Positions 20,408 through 29,913 of a DNA stretch of 64,000 nucleotides are shown here, piece by piece (the stretch's first letter is position 1; each line of letters starts with the position of its first letter). Origin of the DNA: Nocardioides sp. (GTDB lineage: Bacteria > Actinomycetota > Actinomycetes > Propionibacteriales > Nocardioidaceae); the NCBI RefSeq assembly GCF_964229035.1, contig NZ_CAXRAZ010000021.1:6812-70811 (forward strand). Direction: 5' to 3'. The position numbers and the translations under genes were made by a program. The notes beneath the pieces were generated by a model that did not search any database, was not told where the DNA came from, and worked only from the letters and a program-made list of their open reading frames with translations.

Positions 20408-20797
20408 TCAGGCCTTGGCGGGCTTCTTCTTGCGGGCCGACGGGCGGTGCAGGTGGGCCGGGCCGATCTCGCCGCCGCGCAGCAGCTCCAGTCGCTCGGA
20501 GAGGATCTCCTCGAGCTCCTTCTCGCTGCGACGCTCGAGCAGCATGTCCCAGTGCGTGCGCTGGGGCTTCTCGACCTTGACCTCCCGCTCGATCCCAGCG
20601 GTCGACTCGGCCTCGACGCCGCAGCGCGGGCACTCCCACACCGCCGGCACGTCGGCCTCGATCGACATCGTGATCTCGAAGTCGTGACCCTGCGGACAGC
20701 GGTAGCCGACCTGCTGACGTGCGGCGAACTCGATCCCCCGCTCGTCCTCGAACGACTGGCCCCCCAGCCGGGCCCCGCGCAGTGTTCGCTCAGCCAT
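20408..20797 (-). CDS. rbpA: RNA polymerase-binding protein RbpA
   Basis: MAERTLRGARLGGQSFEDERG...YRCPQGHDFEITMSIEADVPAVWECPRCG...THWDMLLERRS. Confidence 0.9.
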   Translation of the reverse strand: MAERTLRGARLGGQSFEDERGIEFAARQQVGYRCPQGHDFEITMSIEADVPAVWECPRCGVEAESTAGIEREVKVEKPQRTHWDMLLERRSEKELEEILSERLELLRGGEIGPAHLHRPSARKKKPAKA

Positions 20798-20912
20798 TGA
20801 GCACCTCTCTGTCTCGGACTGTCCCGGGTGTGTCCCGTGTCGTACGTCTCAACGCTACCCAGGGCTCCAAGGTTCCATCCGCGCGTGAGCCGGTGGTCAC
20901 ACGCCGCCTCGC

Positions 20913-22256
20913 TCAGATCACATCGGCAGGAGCGTTGCCGGCCTGACGGATACCCCGCTCGGTGTCGACGCGCAGCAGCAGGAGTCCGCCCACCACGAAG
21001 AAGACGATGAGGGCGAAGATCGCCGGCCGGTAGGAGTCGGTGAACTGGTAGACGAGGCCGAAGGTGAGGGTGCCGAACCAGGACGTGCCGCGGTCCATGG
21101 CGTGGTAGAGGCTGAAGTACTCGGCCTCCTTCCCGCGAGGGATGAACAGCGAGAAGTAGGAGCGGGCCAGCGCCTGGGTGCCACCGAGCACGACGCCGAT
21201 GGCCGTGCCGAGGAGCAGGAAGGGCACCAGCGAACCCGCCGGGATGACGAGGGCGGCGCTGACAATCGCCATCCAGCCCGCGAGGCCGGCCAGGATGACC
21301 TGCTTGGCACCGAAGCGGTCGGCCGCGCGCCCGAAGCCGATCGCGCCGAACATCGCGACGAACTGCACGAGCAGGTAGGTGCCGAGCACGGTGCCCTCGG
21401 CGAAGCCGAGCTCCTCGATGCCGAAGGTGGAGGCGGAGGCGATGACGGTCTGGATGCCGTCGTTGAAGAACAGGTAGGCCACCAGGAACGACAGCGCCAC
21501 CGGGTAGTTGCGCAGATCCTTGAGCGTCGCCCACAGCTGGCCGAACGAGCGCGCCAGCAGGCCGCCGTCCACGTGGGTGACCTCGACCGGCGGACGACGC
21601 CGGATGCCGCGCCACGGGATGATCGTGAAGGCCGCCCACCACAGCGCCGCGGAGAGCAGGCTGAGCCGCACGGCCGTCTCGGTGCTCAGGCCCAGCGCGT
21701 CGTGGAAGGTGACGACGGCGAAGTTCACCGCGAGCAGCAGACCACCGCCCGCGTAGCCGTAGGCCCAACCGACCGACGAGACCCGGTCACGCTCGGCCTC
21801 GGAGGAGATCTGGGGGAGGATCGAGTCGCTCACCACCACGGCCGCTCCCGCGCACAGGTTCGCGATGACGAACATGATGCTGCCGAAGGCCCAGTTGTCG
21901 CCCTCGAGGAAGAACAGCAGACCGGTGGCCACCGCGCCCGCCCAGGCCAGCCCCGCGAGCAGGTCGGGCTTGCGCTCGGTGCGGTCGGCGAGCGCGCCGA
22001 GCAGCGGATAGACCAAGGCGCTGAGCACGGTCGAGAACGTGATCACGTACGACGGCAGCGCCCCCGGTGCGATCGAGAGGCCGAGCACGTGCAGGTGGCC
22101 GTTCTCGCCGACGTCGTTCTCGGCGATCGAGATGAGGTAGGGCGCGAAGAGGACGCCGGCCACGGTGGTCTGGAAGGCCGAGGCCGCCCAGTCGGTGAAG
22201 TACCAGCTGCGCTGCTCGCGGGCGCGCCGCACGGGCGCGAGATCGGCGATGCTCAC
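20913..22256 (-). CDS. MFS transporter (UMF1/Atg22-like)
   Basis: About 12 TM segments. The GTG at 22256 overlaps the upstream stop (GTGA). The N-terminal 46 aa of the tracked ORF are Arg-rich and non-coding-like. Confidence 0.75.
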   Translation of the reverse strand: MSIADLAPVRRAREQRSWYFTDWAASAFQTTVAGVLFAPYLISIAENDVGENGHLHVLGLSIAPGALPSYVITFSTVLSALVYPLLGALADRTERKPDLLAGLAWAGAVATGLLFFLEGDNWAFGSIMFVIANLCAGAAVVVSDSILPQISSEAERDRVSSVGWAYGYAGGGLLLAVNFAVVTFHDALGLSTETAVRLSLLSAALWWAAFTIIPWRGIRRRPPVEVTHVDGGLLARSFGQLWATLKDLRNYPVALSFLVAYLFFNDGIQTVIASASTFGIEELGFAEGTVLGTYLLVQFVAMFGAIGFGRAADRFGAKQVILAGLAGWMAIVSAALVIPAGSLVPFLLLGTAIGVVLGGTQALARSYFSLFIPRGKEAEYFSLYHAMDRGTSWFGTLTFGLVYQFTDSYRPAIFALIVFFVVGGLLLLRVDTERGIRQAGNAPADVI

Positions 22257-23041
22257 GTGAGTCCTCCCCGCGCCGACCACCATTGGCCGCGCGCCTGCAG
22301 CACATCCTTCAGCACGTCGGTGCGATCGGTGAAGAGGCCGTCGACGCCCCGGTCGAGCAGCTCGCCCATCTCGTCGGGGTCGTCGACGGTCCACACGTGC
22401 ACGGCCACGCCGTTGCGGTGGGCCCGGCGCACGAGGCCCGGGGTCGTCACGACGACTCGGCCCCGGCGGTGCGGGACCTGGAGGGCGGCGAACGAGCCCC
22501 CCGCCAGCACGCGCGCGATCGCGGCGGTGGGGGAGAAGCGGTAGAGCGCCACCTGCAGCGGATCGGCCGATGTCGCCACCTGCCCGGAGGTGAGCCGTCG
22601 GAACTCGCGCAGGCGCCGGCGCGAGAAGGAGCCGATGAGCACGCGCCCCTCGAGCCCGCGCTCGAGCACGAGCGCGGCCAACGGCCCCACCGCCGCGTCG
22701 GCCTTCAGGTCGATGTTGAACCGTGCCTCAGGGAAGGCGTCGAACAGCTCCACCAGCGTCGGTATCTGCTCACGGCCCCCGATCCGCGCCTCCCGCACCT
22801 CGGCGAGGGTCGCGTCGCCGACCGCCCCCACCCGGTCGCTGACCCGGTCGAGCACGTCGTCGTGGAAGGCCAGCAGCACGCCGTCCGCGGTGAGGTGGAC
22901 GTCGGTCTCGAGGTAGTCGTAGCCGAGCGCCCACGCGTGAGCGAAGGCCGCCATCGTGTTCTCCAACCCCTCGATCTCGGGGTGGTAGGAGCCGCCCCGG
23001 TGGGCGAAGGCGATGATGCGGCCGGGCTCGAGGTAGGGCAC
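22253..23041 (-). CDS. glycerophosphodiester phosphodiesterase
   Basis: AHRGG...ENTMAAF...YLETDVHLTADGVLLAFHDDVLDRV (GDPD motifs). Confidence 0.85.
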   Translation of the reverse strand: MPYLEPGRIIAFAHRGGSYHPEIEGLENTMAAFAHAWALGYDYLETDVHLTADGVLLAFHDDVLDRVSDRVGAVGDATLAEVREARIGGREQIPTLVELFDAFPEARFNIDLKADAAVGPLAALVLERGLEGRVLIGSFSRRRLREFRRLTSGQVATSADPLQVALYRFSPTAAIARVLAGGSFAALQVPHRRGRVVVTTPGLVRRAHRNGVAVHVWTVDDPDEMGELLDRGVDGLFTDRTDVLKDVLQARGQWWSARGGLT

Positions 23042-23103
23042 GCCCGAAGCATCCCAGAGTCACCCGCCGCCACCGTGCGCGGCAGCGTGTCGCCCGCGCG
23101 CGA

Positions 23104-23187
23104 GAGCGTGTCGCTCAGCGCCGAAGGCGCGTCGTCCGAGAGTCCGGCCCGGAGGGTCGGGCGAGCGGCCGACCGAGCGACACGCTC
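23104..23187. repeat. 13-bp perfect inverted repeat GAGCGTGTCGCTC / GAGCGACACGCTC with a 58-nt spacer, each arm followed by GCGCCGAAGG
   Basis: Read directly. It lies in the 158-bp spacer between the HTH-MurA stop and the GDPD start. Confidence 0.3.
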
Positions 23188-23199
23188 GCGCCGAAGGAA

Positions 23200-24741
23200 T
23201 CAGATATCGCGGAAGGTCTCGATGTCGGCGCCCAGGGAGCTCAGGCGCTCGGCGAGGTCCTCGTAGCCGCGGTGGATCACGTAGGTGCTGCGGAGCACCG
23301 ACGTGCCCTTGCTGGCCAGCATCGCGAGCAGGACGACGACCGCCGGGCGCAGCGCCGGCGGGCACACGAGCTCCGTGCCGGTCCACGACGTGGGCCCCTC
23401 GATCTGCACCCGGTGGGGGTCGAGGAGGGTGACGCGGCCGCCGAGCTTGTTGAGCTCGGTGAGGTAGATGGCGCGGTTGTCGTAGACCCAGTCGTGCAGG
23501 TAGGTCTGGCCCTCGGCGACGGCTCCGATCACGGCGAAGAACGGCAGGTTGTCGATGTTGAGGCCCGGGAAGGGCATGGGGTGGATCTTGTCGCGCGGGG
23601 CCGTGAGGTCGGAGGCGTGCGTGGTGATGTCGACCAGGCGGGTGCGTCCGTTCGCGGCCAGGTACTCCGGCGAGGTGTCGTAGCGGAAGCCCATCTCCTC
23701 CAGCACCGCGAGCTCGATCTCGAGGAACTCGATGGGAGCGCGGCGGATGGTGATCTCCGAGCGCGTGACGATCGCCGCGGCCAGCAGCGACATCGCCTCG
23801 ATCGGGTCCTCGCTGGGGGAGTAGTCGACGTCCACGTCGATCACCTCGCACCCCGTGACGGTCAGCGTCGTGGAGCCGATGCCCTCGACCGTCACGCCGA
23901 GCGCCTGCAGGTAGAAGCAGAGGTCCTGCACCATGTAGTTGGAGGAGGCGTTGCGGATCACCGTGGTGCCGGGGTGGAGGGCGGCCGCCATGAGGGCGTT
24001 CTCGGTGACGGTGTCGCCGCGCTCGGTGAGCACGATCGGCCGCACGGGGCTGACCGAGCGGTCGAGCTGGGCGTGGTACCAGCCGTCGGTGGCCTTGACC
24101 TCGAGGCCGAAGGGGCGCAGGGCCGACATGTGCGGCTCGACGGTGCGGGTGCCGAGGTTGCAACCGCCGGCGTAGGGCAGCTCGAAGGTCTCGGCGCGGT
24201 GGAGCAGCGGGCCGAGGAACATGATCACCGACCGGGTGCGGCGCGCCGCCTCCTCGTCGATGCTGCCGAGGTCGAACTCCTTCGGCGGCACGATCTCGAG
24301 GTCGTTCTCCTCGTTGATCCACCGGGTCTGCACGCCGAGGCTGGCCAGCACCTCGAGGAGGCGGTTGACCTCCTCGATGCGGGCGACCTTGCGCAGCGTC
24401 GTCCGGCCGCGGTTGAGCAGGCTCGCGCACAGCAGGGCCACACCGGCGTTCTTGGACGTCTTGACGTCGATGCTGCCGTGCAGCGTCGTGGGCCCCTTGA
24501 CGCGCAGGTGGGTGGGTCCGGCGCCGAGCGCGACGATCTCGGAGTCGAGGGCGGCGCCGATGCGCGCCATCATCTCGAGGGAGAGGTTCTGATGACCCTT
24601 CTCGATGCGATTGATCGCACTCTGACTGGTGGCCAGCCGCTCGGCGAGCTGCGCCTGGGTGAGCCCGCGGTGCTTGCGGGCGTCGCGGATCAGGTTGCCG
24701 ATGCGGCCCTTGTAGTCCTCAGCGGCGTCGTCGTGCGTCAT
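23200..24741 (-). CDS. XRE-type HTH domain fused to a full-length MurA-like enolpyruvyl transferase (EPSP-synthase fold)
   Basis: N-terminus: IRDARKHRGLTQAQLAERLATSQSAINRIEKGHQNLSLEMMARI. The remainder aligns by eye with E. coli MurA landmarks: TSKNAG (K22), AGGCNLGTRTVEPH (C115/R120), PFPGLNIDN (D305) and IHRGYE (R397). Confidence 0.8.
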   Translation of the reverse strand: MTHDDAAEDYKGRIGNLIRDARKHRGLTQAQLAERLATSQSAINRIEKGHQNLSLEMMARIGAALDSEIVALGAGPTHLRVKGPTTLHGSIDVKTSKNAGVALLCASLLNRGRTTLRKVARIEEVNRLLEVLASLGVQTRWINEENDLEIVPPKEFDLGSIDEEAARRTRSVIMFLGPLLHRAETFELPYAGGCNLGTRTVEPHMSALRPFGLEVKATDGWYHAQLDRSVSPVRPIVLTERGDTVTENALMAAALHPGTTVIRNASSNYMVQDLCFYLQALGVTVEGIGSTTLTVTGCEVIDVDVDYSPSEDPIEAMSLLAAAIVTRSEITIRRAPIEFLEIELAVLEEMGFRYDTSPEYLAANGRTRLVDITTHASDLTAPRDKIHPMPFPGLNIDNLPFFAVIGAVAEGQTYLHDWVYDNRAIYLTELNKLGGRVTLLDPHRVQIEGPTSWTGTELVCPPALRPAVVVLLAMLASKGTSVLRSTYVIHRGYEDLAERLSSLGADIETFRDI

Positions 24742-24751
24742 GCCGTCGACG

Positions 24752-24771
24752 TTAACTCATATATGAGATAA
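24752..24771. promoter_or_regulatory. AT-rich palindrome TTAA-CTCATATATGAG-ATAA (12-bp perfect core at 24756-24767) just upstream of the HTH-MurA start
   Basis: Read directly. The core starts 15 nt from the ATG at 24741, within the divergent 85-bp spacer shared with the ADH gene. Confidence 0.4.
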
Positions 24772-24826
24772 CACAAGCCCGCACGCGCCGGGGCGGTCAC
24801 GCGGAGGCATCTGCCAGGATCGGGCC

Positions 24827-25843
24827 ATGCGCGCCACGACGATCCACGGTACCCGCGACATCCGCGTCGAGGAGATCCCGGACCCGACCATCGAGCAGCC
24901 CACCGACGCGATCATCCGCGTCACGGCGGCCTGCATCTGCGGCTCGGACCTGTGGCCCTACCGCGGCGAGAACCCGATCACGCCGGGCAACACCATCGGC
25001 CACGAGTGCATCGGCGTCGTGGAGGCGGTCGGCTCGGCCGTGCGCGACGTCGCCGTGGGCGAGCACGTGGTCGTGCCGTTCTGCCACTGTGACAACACCT
25101 GCGCCCACTGCCGCGCGGGCGCCCAGTCGGCCTGCGAGAACCTGTCGATGACCGTGAGCGGCCAGTCGGAGTACGCCCGCGTCGGCCAGGCCGACGGCAG
25201 CCTGGTGTCCACCCACGGCCTCCCGGACGACGACCTGCTGGCCTCGGTGCTCACGCTCACCGACGTGATGCCCACGGGCTGGCACGCGGCCGTCTCCGCC
25301 GGTGTCGCCCCCGGCAGCACGGCGGTGGTGGTCGGCGACGGCGCGGTCGGGCTGTGCGGCGTCATCGCCGCCAAGCAGCTCGGCGCCGAGCGGATCATCG
25401 TGATGTCGCGCCACGCCGCCCGCCAGGACCTCGCCCGCGCCTTCGGCGCCACGCACGTCGTGGAGCAGCGCGGCGCCGAGGGCAATGCCGCGGTGCTCGA
25501 GATCACCGACGGAGTGGGGGTCGACGCGGCACTCGAGTGCGTCGGCACCGACCAGTCGATGTCGACCGCGATCGCCGTGACCCGCCCTGGCGGGGGCGTG
25601 GGCTTCGTGGGCGTGCCCCACGGCGTGAAGCTGCCGGTGCGTCAGCTCTTCGCCAAGAACATCGGCGTGCGGGGCGGCATCGCCCCGGTGCGGCGCTACC
25701 TGCCCGAGCTGCTGGACCTCGTGCTCGAGCGGGCGATCGACCCCGGCCGGGTCTTCGACCTCGAGCTGCCCCTGGAGGAGTCGCCCGAGGGCTACCGCGC
25801 GATGGACGAGCGTCGCGCGGTCAAGGTCATGCTGCGCCCTTGA
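24827..25843 (+). CDS. zinc-dependent alcohol dehydrogenase family oxidoreductase
   Basis: CICGSDLWPY, GHECIGVVEAVG, a structural-Zn Cys cluster (CHCDNTCAHCRAGAQSAC) and a VVGDGAVG Rossmann motif. Confidence 0.85.
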   Translation: MRATTIHGTRDIRVEEIPDPTIEQPTDAIIRVTAACICGSDLWPYRGENPITPGNTIGHECIGVVEAVGSAVRDVAVGEHVVVPFCHCDNTCAHCRAGAQSACENLSMTVSGQSEYARVGQADGSLVSTHGLPDDDLLASVLTLTDVMPTGWHAAVSAGVAPGSTAVVVGDGAVGLCGVIAAKQLGAERIIVMSRHAARQDLARAFGATHVVEQRGAEGNAAVLEITDGVGVDAALECVGTDQSMSTAIAVTRPGGGVGFVGVPHGVKLPVRQLFAKNIGVRGGIAPVRRYLPELLDLVLERAIDPGRVFDLELPLEESPEGYRAMDERRAVKVMLRP

Positions 25844-26009
25844 CCTGACCCTCGAAGGCCTGGCCGGCCGCGGGGTGCAGGAGGTGCTCGGCGCGGGCCT
25901 GGTCACGGCGGTTGCGCTCACCAGCGAGCCAGACGACGCCGAAGAGGGCGCCGAGCAGGACGACGAACAGGCCGACGGCGGCCAGGGCCACGAGAAGGAC
26001 AGTGCTCAT
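25827..26009 (-). CDS. hypothetical small single-pass membrane protein (60 aa)
   Basis: MSTVLLVALAAVGLFVVLLGALFGVVWLAG is one clear TM helix. There is no family recognition, and the 3' end overlaps the convergent ADH end by 17 nt. Confidence 0.3.
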   Translation of the reverse strand: MSTVLLVALAAVGLFVVLLGALFGVVWLAGERNRRDQARAEHLLHPAAGQAFEGQVKGAA

Positions 26010-26081
26010 GTGATCACCTTCACATGATCCACGTCACATTTCCAGGGTCTTCCGGCCCGGGACTTCCGGCGTCCTTCCGGC

Positions 26082-27461
26082 TCAGCACTCGATGACGTTG
26101 ACGGCGAGGCCGCCGCGCGAGGTCTCCTTGTACTTGGTGTGCATGTCGCGCCCGGTGTCGCGCATCGTGCGGATCGCCCGGTCCAGCGACACGGTGTGCG
26201 CGCCGTCGCCGGCAAGGGCGAGGCGGGCGGCGTTGATGGCCTTCACGGAGGCGATCGCGTTGCGCTCGATGCACGGGATCTGCACGAGTCCGCCTACGGG
26301 GTCGCACGTGAGGCCCAGGTTGTGCTCGATGCCGATCTCGGCGGCGTTCTCGACCTGAGCGGGCGAGCCGCCGATCAGCTCGCACAGCGCACCGGCGGCC
26401 ATCGAGCAGGCCGAGCCGACCTCTCCCTGACAGCCGACCTCCGCCCCCGAGATCGAGGCGTTCTGCTTGAACAGCGACCCGATCGCGCCCGCGGTGAGCA
26501 GGAAGCGGACCACGCCGTCGTCGTCGGCGCCGGGGATGAACCGGGCGTAGTAGTGCAGCACGGCCGGCAGGATGCCCGCGGCGCCGTTGGTGGGGGCGGT
26601 GACCATCCGACCGCCAGCGGCGTTCTCCTCGTTGACCGCGAGGGCGAACAGGTTGACCCAGTCCATCGCGTGGAGGGGATCGGCAGCGCCCTCGCCGGCG
26701 CTCAGGCGGGCGTGGAGGGCCGGCGCGCGGCGCGCGACGCGCAGCCCACCGGGCAGCACGCCGTGGCTCGCGCAACCGTTCGTCACGCACTCCTGCATCA
26801 CGCGCCAGATCTCCAGCAGGCCGTCGCGCACCTCCTGCTCGGTGCGCCAGGAGAGCTCGTTGGCGAGCATCACGTCGCTGATGCGGGTGCCCGGCCCGAG
26901 CGTATGGCAGATCGTGAGCAACTCAGCGCCCGTGCTGAACGGGTAGCGCACCGGCGTCGCGTCGAGCACGACGCGGTCGGCGCCGACGGCATCCTCGTCG
27001 ACGACGAAGCCCCCGCCCACGGAGTAGTAGACGCGCTCGATCAGCACGTCGCCGGCGTCGTCGAGGGCGCGGAAGCGCAGGCCGTTCGGATGCCCGGGCA
27101 GGGAGCGGCGCCGGTGCAGGACAAGGTCGCCGGCACCGAGGCGCACCCGTCGTCGTCCACCGAGGACGACGGCGCCCTCGGCCCGGATCGCAGCGACCCG
27201 GGCCGGGGCGGAGGCGATGTCGACGGTGGCCGGGTCGGCGCCCTCGAGGCCGAGGAGCACCGCCTGCTCGGAGCCGTGGCCGTGGCCGGTGGCGCCGAGG
27301 GAGCCGAAGAGCTCGGCGCGCACCCGGTCGGTGCGGTCGAGCACTCCCGCCTGCACGACGGCGTCCGCGAACCGGTGGGCCGCGCGCATCGGGCCGACCG
27401 TGTGCGAGGACGACGGTCCGATGCCCACCGAGTAGAGGTCGAACACGCTCAGCGCCACCAC
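26082..27461 (-). CDS. sdaA: L-serine ammonia-lyase (iron-sulfur dependent, single chain)
   Basis: [21 protein letters not shown] at the N-terminus, with a C-terminal alpha domain ([18 protein letters not shown]). Confidence 0.9.
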   Translation of the reverse strand: MVALSVFDLYSVGIGPSSSHTVGPMRAAHRFADAVVQAGVLDRTDRVRAELFGSLGATGHGHGSEQAVLLGLEGADPATVDIASAPARVAAIRAEGAVVLGGRRRVRLGAGDLVLHRRRSLPGHPNGLRFRALDDAGDVLIERVYYSVGGGFVVDEDAVGADRVVLDATPVRYPFSTGAELLTICHTLGPGTRISDVMLANELSWRTEQEVRDGLLEIWRVMQECVTNGCASHGVLPGGLRVARRAPALHARLSAGEGAADPLHAMDWVNLFALAVNEENAAGGRMVTAPTNGAAGILPAVLHYYARFIPGADDDGVVRFLLTAGAIGSLFKQNASISGAEVGCQGEVGSACSMAAGALCELIGGSPAQVENAAEIGIEHNLGLTCDPVGGLVQIPCIERNAIASVKAINAARLALAGDGAHTVSLDRAIRTMRDTGRDMHTKYKETSRGGLAVNVIEC

Positions 27462-27537
27462 GGCACCGTAGTCGTGATGCGGCTCACGTCACCAAACCGG
27501 GCGGGGGTCCCGCTGGCTAGGCGAGGAGGCACCCGCC

Positions 27538-28230
27538 TCAGGCGCCGGTGACGGTGAGGTTGCCGCCGCAGGAGCTCGCGTACTGCTGCAGCACGGCCTT
27601 CTCCGCACTGTCGGCGCTGAGCCCCCAGCGGATCTTCACCGCGACCCACTCGCTCACGTAGCGACACTTGTCGTACGTCGGGAGCCACTCGGCCGGGTCC
27701 TGGTCGCTCTTGGACTGGTTCACGTTGTCGGTGACCGCCACCAGGCTGCGGGCGTCGCCGAGGTCGTTGGCGTAGGCCTGGCGGCGGGCCGTCGTCCACG
27801 AGCTCGCCCCGGAGCCCCACGCCTCGGCGAGCGGCACCATGTGGTCGATGTCGAGGTCGGAGGCAGCCGTCCAGGTGGCACGGTCGTAGTAGGACAGCCA
27901 CGAGCCCGAGACGACCGAGCAGCCGGTCGAGCCGTAGGTGACCGACGAGCGTGCCTCGGCCATCAGCACCTCGGCGCGGGTGTCGTGGCAGTCGCCGTCG
28001 GCGTCGACCCAGTGCGGGAACAGGGCACGGTCGTAGCCCGTGGTCACCTCGGCGCGGGTCGGGATCTGCGCGACGGCACCGGCCAGCGTTCCGCTGTAGG
28101 ACGCCGCGTGGGCCGGGGGAGCGATGAGCACGCCGAGCGCCACGAGGGCCGACACCACCGCCGAGAGCACCTGGCCCCGCGACGGGGCGACCAGGCGCGG
28201 GCGTGCGACGGCACCGCTGCGGGCGCTCAT
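27538..28230 (-). CDS. secreted HNH/DUF1524-type nuclease
   Basis: The ATG at 28230 overlaps the phoD stop (ATGA). It has a signal peptide ending APPAHA and DUF1524-like motifs (DIDHMVPLAEAW, VTDNVNQSKSDQDPAEWLP). Confidence 0.75.
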   Translation of the reverse strand: MSARSGAVARPRLVAPSRGQVLSAVVSALVALGVLIAPPAHAASYSGTLAGAVAQIPTRAEVTTGYDRALFPHWVDADGDCHDTRAEVLMAEARSSVTYGSTGCSVVSGSWLSYYDRATWTAASDLDIDHMVPLAEAWGSGASSWTTARRQAYANDLGDARSLVAVTDNVNQSKSDQDPAEWLPTYDKCRYVSEWVAVKIRWGLSADSAEKAVLQQYASSCGGNLTVTGA

Positions 28231-29843
28231 GCGACGACCGGGTTGAGCGTCGGGTCGCCCGACTCGACGACGAAGGCGGCGCGCACGCTGGACGGCGCCC
28301 CCGGACGCTTGACGTAGGGCAGCACGTGGAAGCGGGCGGTGAGCTCGCTCGGGGTCACCGTGGCCGTGACGTAGCCGCGCTGGCTGTTGGCGAACTTGAT
28401 CCAGGGGTTCTCGCGCAGCTGCAGATCGGTCGCGGCGCTGGTGTCGGAGCCGTCGCCGCCGCTGGTGATCGACGTCGTCACCAGTTCCGCGGCCACGGGC
28501 CGGCTGTCGGGGTCGTCGAAGTCCTGCAGCACCTGCGAGGCGTAGTGGCGGTGGACGTCGCCGGTGAGCACCACCGCGTTGTCGACGCCGCGCTCGACGA
28601 TGCCGTCGACGAGTCGCTGGCGGTTCGCGGCGTAGCCGTCCCACCCGTCCATCGAGAGACCGACGTCCGGGCCGGCCGCGAAGTCGCGCCGCGAGAAGAA
28701 CACCTGCTGGCTGATGAGCTGCCAGCCCGCTCGGGAGCTGCTGAGGCCGTCGAGCAGCCACCGCTCCTGGCGCTCACCGCACAGGGAGCGGGCCGGGTCG
28801 AGCGCCTCGGTGCAGCCGACGGCCACCGTATCGCCGCACGCCTGGTCGTCGCGGTACTGGCGAGTGTCGAGCAGGTGGATGTCGGCCAGCGCGCCCCAGC
28901 CGAGGCGACGGTAGATCTGGATGTCGGGCCCGCGCGGGATCGACGAGCGTCGCAGCGGCATGTTCTCGTAGTAGGCCCGGAAGGCGGCGGCGCGACGGGC
29001 GCGGAAGCCCGCGGTCTCGCTGACGTTCTCCGGGATCTCGTCGGCCCAGTTGTTGTCGACCTCGTGGTCATCGAAGATCACGGCCCACGGCGCGACGGCG
29101 TGCAACTCCTGCAGGTCGGCGTCGGTCTTGTACTGCGCGTGGCGCTGGCGGTAACCCGCCAGGTCCACGGTCTCCGGACCCTCGTGGTCACGGACGTTGC
29201 CGCCCGGGGCGAGGTAGTCCTTCGCCTTGTACTCGTACTGGTAGTCGCCGAGGTGCAGCACGAGGTCGGGGTTCTCCTCGGCCAGGCGGCGATAGGCGGT
29301 GAAGAAGCCGTGCTCGTACTGCGAGCACGACACCGCCCCCACCATCAGCTCGGCCACGCGAGCGCGGCGGGCGGGGGCCGTGCGGGTGCGACCCGTGCGT
29401 GAGATCTCCGAGCCCACGCGGAAGCGGTACCAGTACTCGCGCGCCGGGCGCAGGCCCTCGACGTCCACGTGGACGCTGTGGCCGAAGTCGGGGCGGGCCA
29501 GGGCGCGACCGCGTCGCACGACGCGGCGGAAGCGCTCGTCCTCGGCCACCTCCCACTGCACGAGGTAGGGGTGGTTCGGCATGCCGCCGCGACCGTCGGC
29601 GGCCAGCGGCTGCGGTGCCAGGCGGGTCCAGATGACCACGCGGTCGGGCAGCGGGTCGCCCGAGGCGACCCCCAGCGTGAACGGGTCGCGCAACGGTGCC
29701 GCCACGGCAGGCGCCACCGAGCCGAGCAGCGTGAGACCGCCGGCGCCGGCGATCGCGAGCCCTCCACCGAGGACGACGCGGCGCCCCACGGCGGAGGCGG
29801 CGACACCGGCCGATGAGGGCGCGACGGGGACAGGACTGGACAT
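28227..29843 (-). CDS. phoD: alkaline phosphatase D (Tat-exported)
   Basis: Start at the ATG at 29843 (MSSPVPV...). Twin-Arg signal (AVGRRVVLGGG), then FTLGVASGDP, GDYQYEY and FDDHEVDNNW. Confidence 0.85.
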   Translation of the reverse strand: MSSPVPVAPSSAGVAASAVGRRVVLGGGLAIAGAGGLTLLGSVAPAVAAPLRDPFTLGVASGDPLPDRVVIWTRLAPQPLAADGRGGMPNHPYLVQWEVAEDERFRRVVRRGRALARPDFGHSVHVDVEGLRPAREYWYRFRVGSEISRTGRTRTAPARRARVAELMVGAVSCSQYEHGFFTAYRRLAEENPDLVLHLGDYQYEYKAKDYLAPGGNVRDHEGPETVDLAGYRQRHAQYKTDADLQELHAVAPWAVIFDDHEVDNNWADEIPENVSETAGFRARRAAAFRAYYENMPLRRSSIPRGPDIQIYRRLGWGALADIHLLDTRQYRDDQACGDTVAVGCTEALDPARSLCGERQERWLLDGLSSSRAGWQLISQQVFFSRRDFAAGPDVGLSMDGWDGYAANRQRLVDGIVERGVDNAVVLTGDVHRHYASQVLQDFDDPDSRPVAAELVTTSITSGGDGSDTSAATDLQLRENPWIKFANSQRGYVTATVTPSELTARFHVLPYVKRPGAPSSVRAAFVVESGDPTLNPVVA

Positions 29844-29913
29844 GCGTGGACCTCCCGAGACACGGGCCACCCGATGCGGCCCGGCCGGACGAGGTTCTCG
29901 GGCCGGGCTCGCG

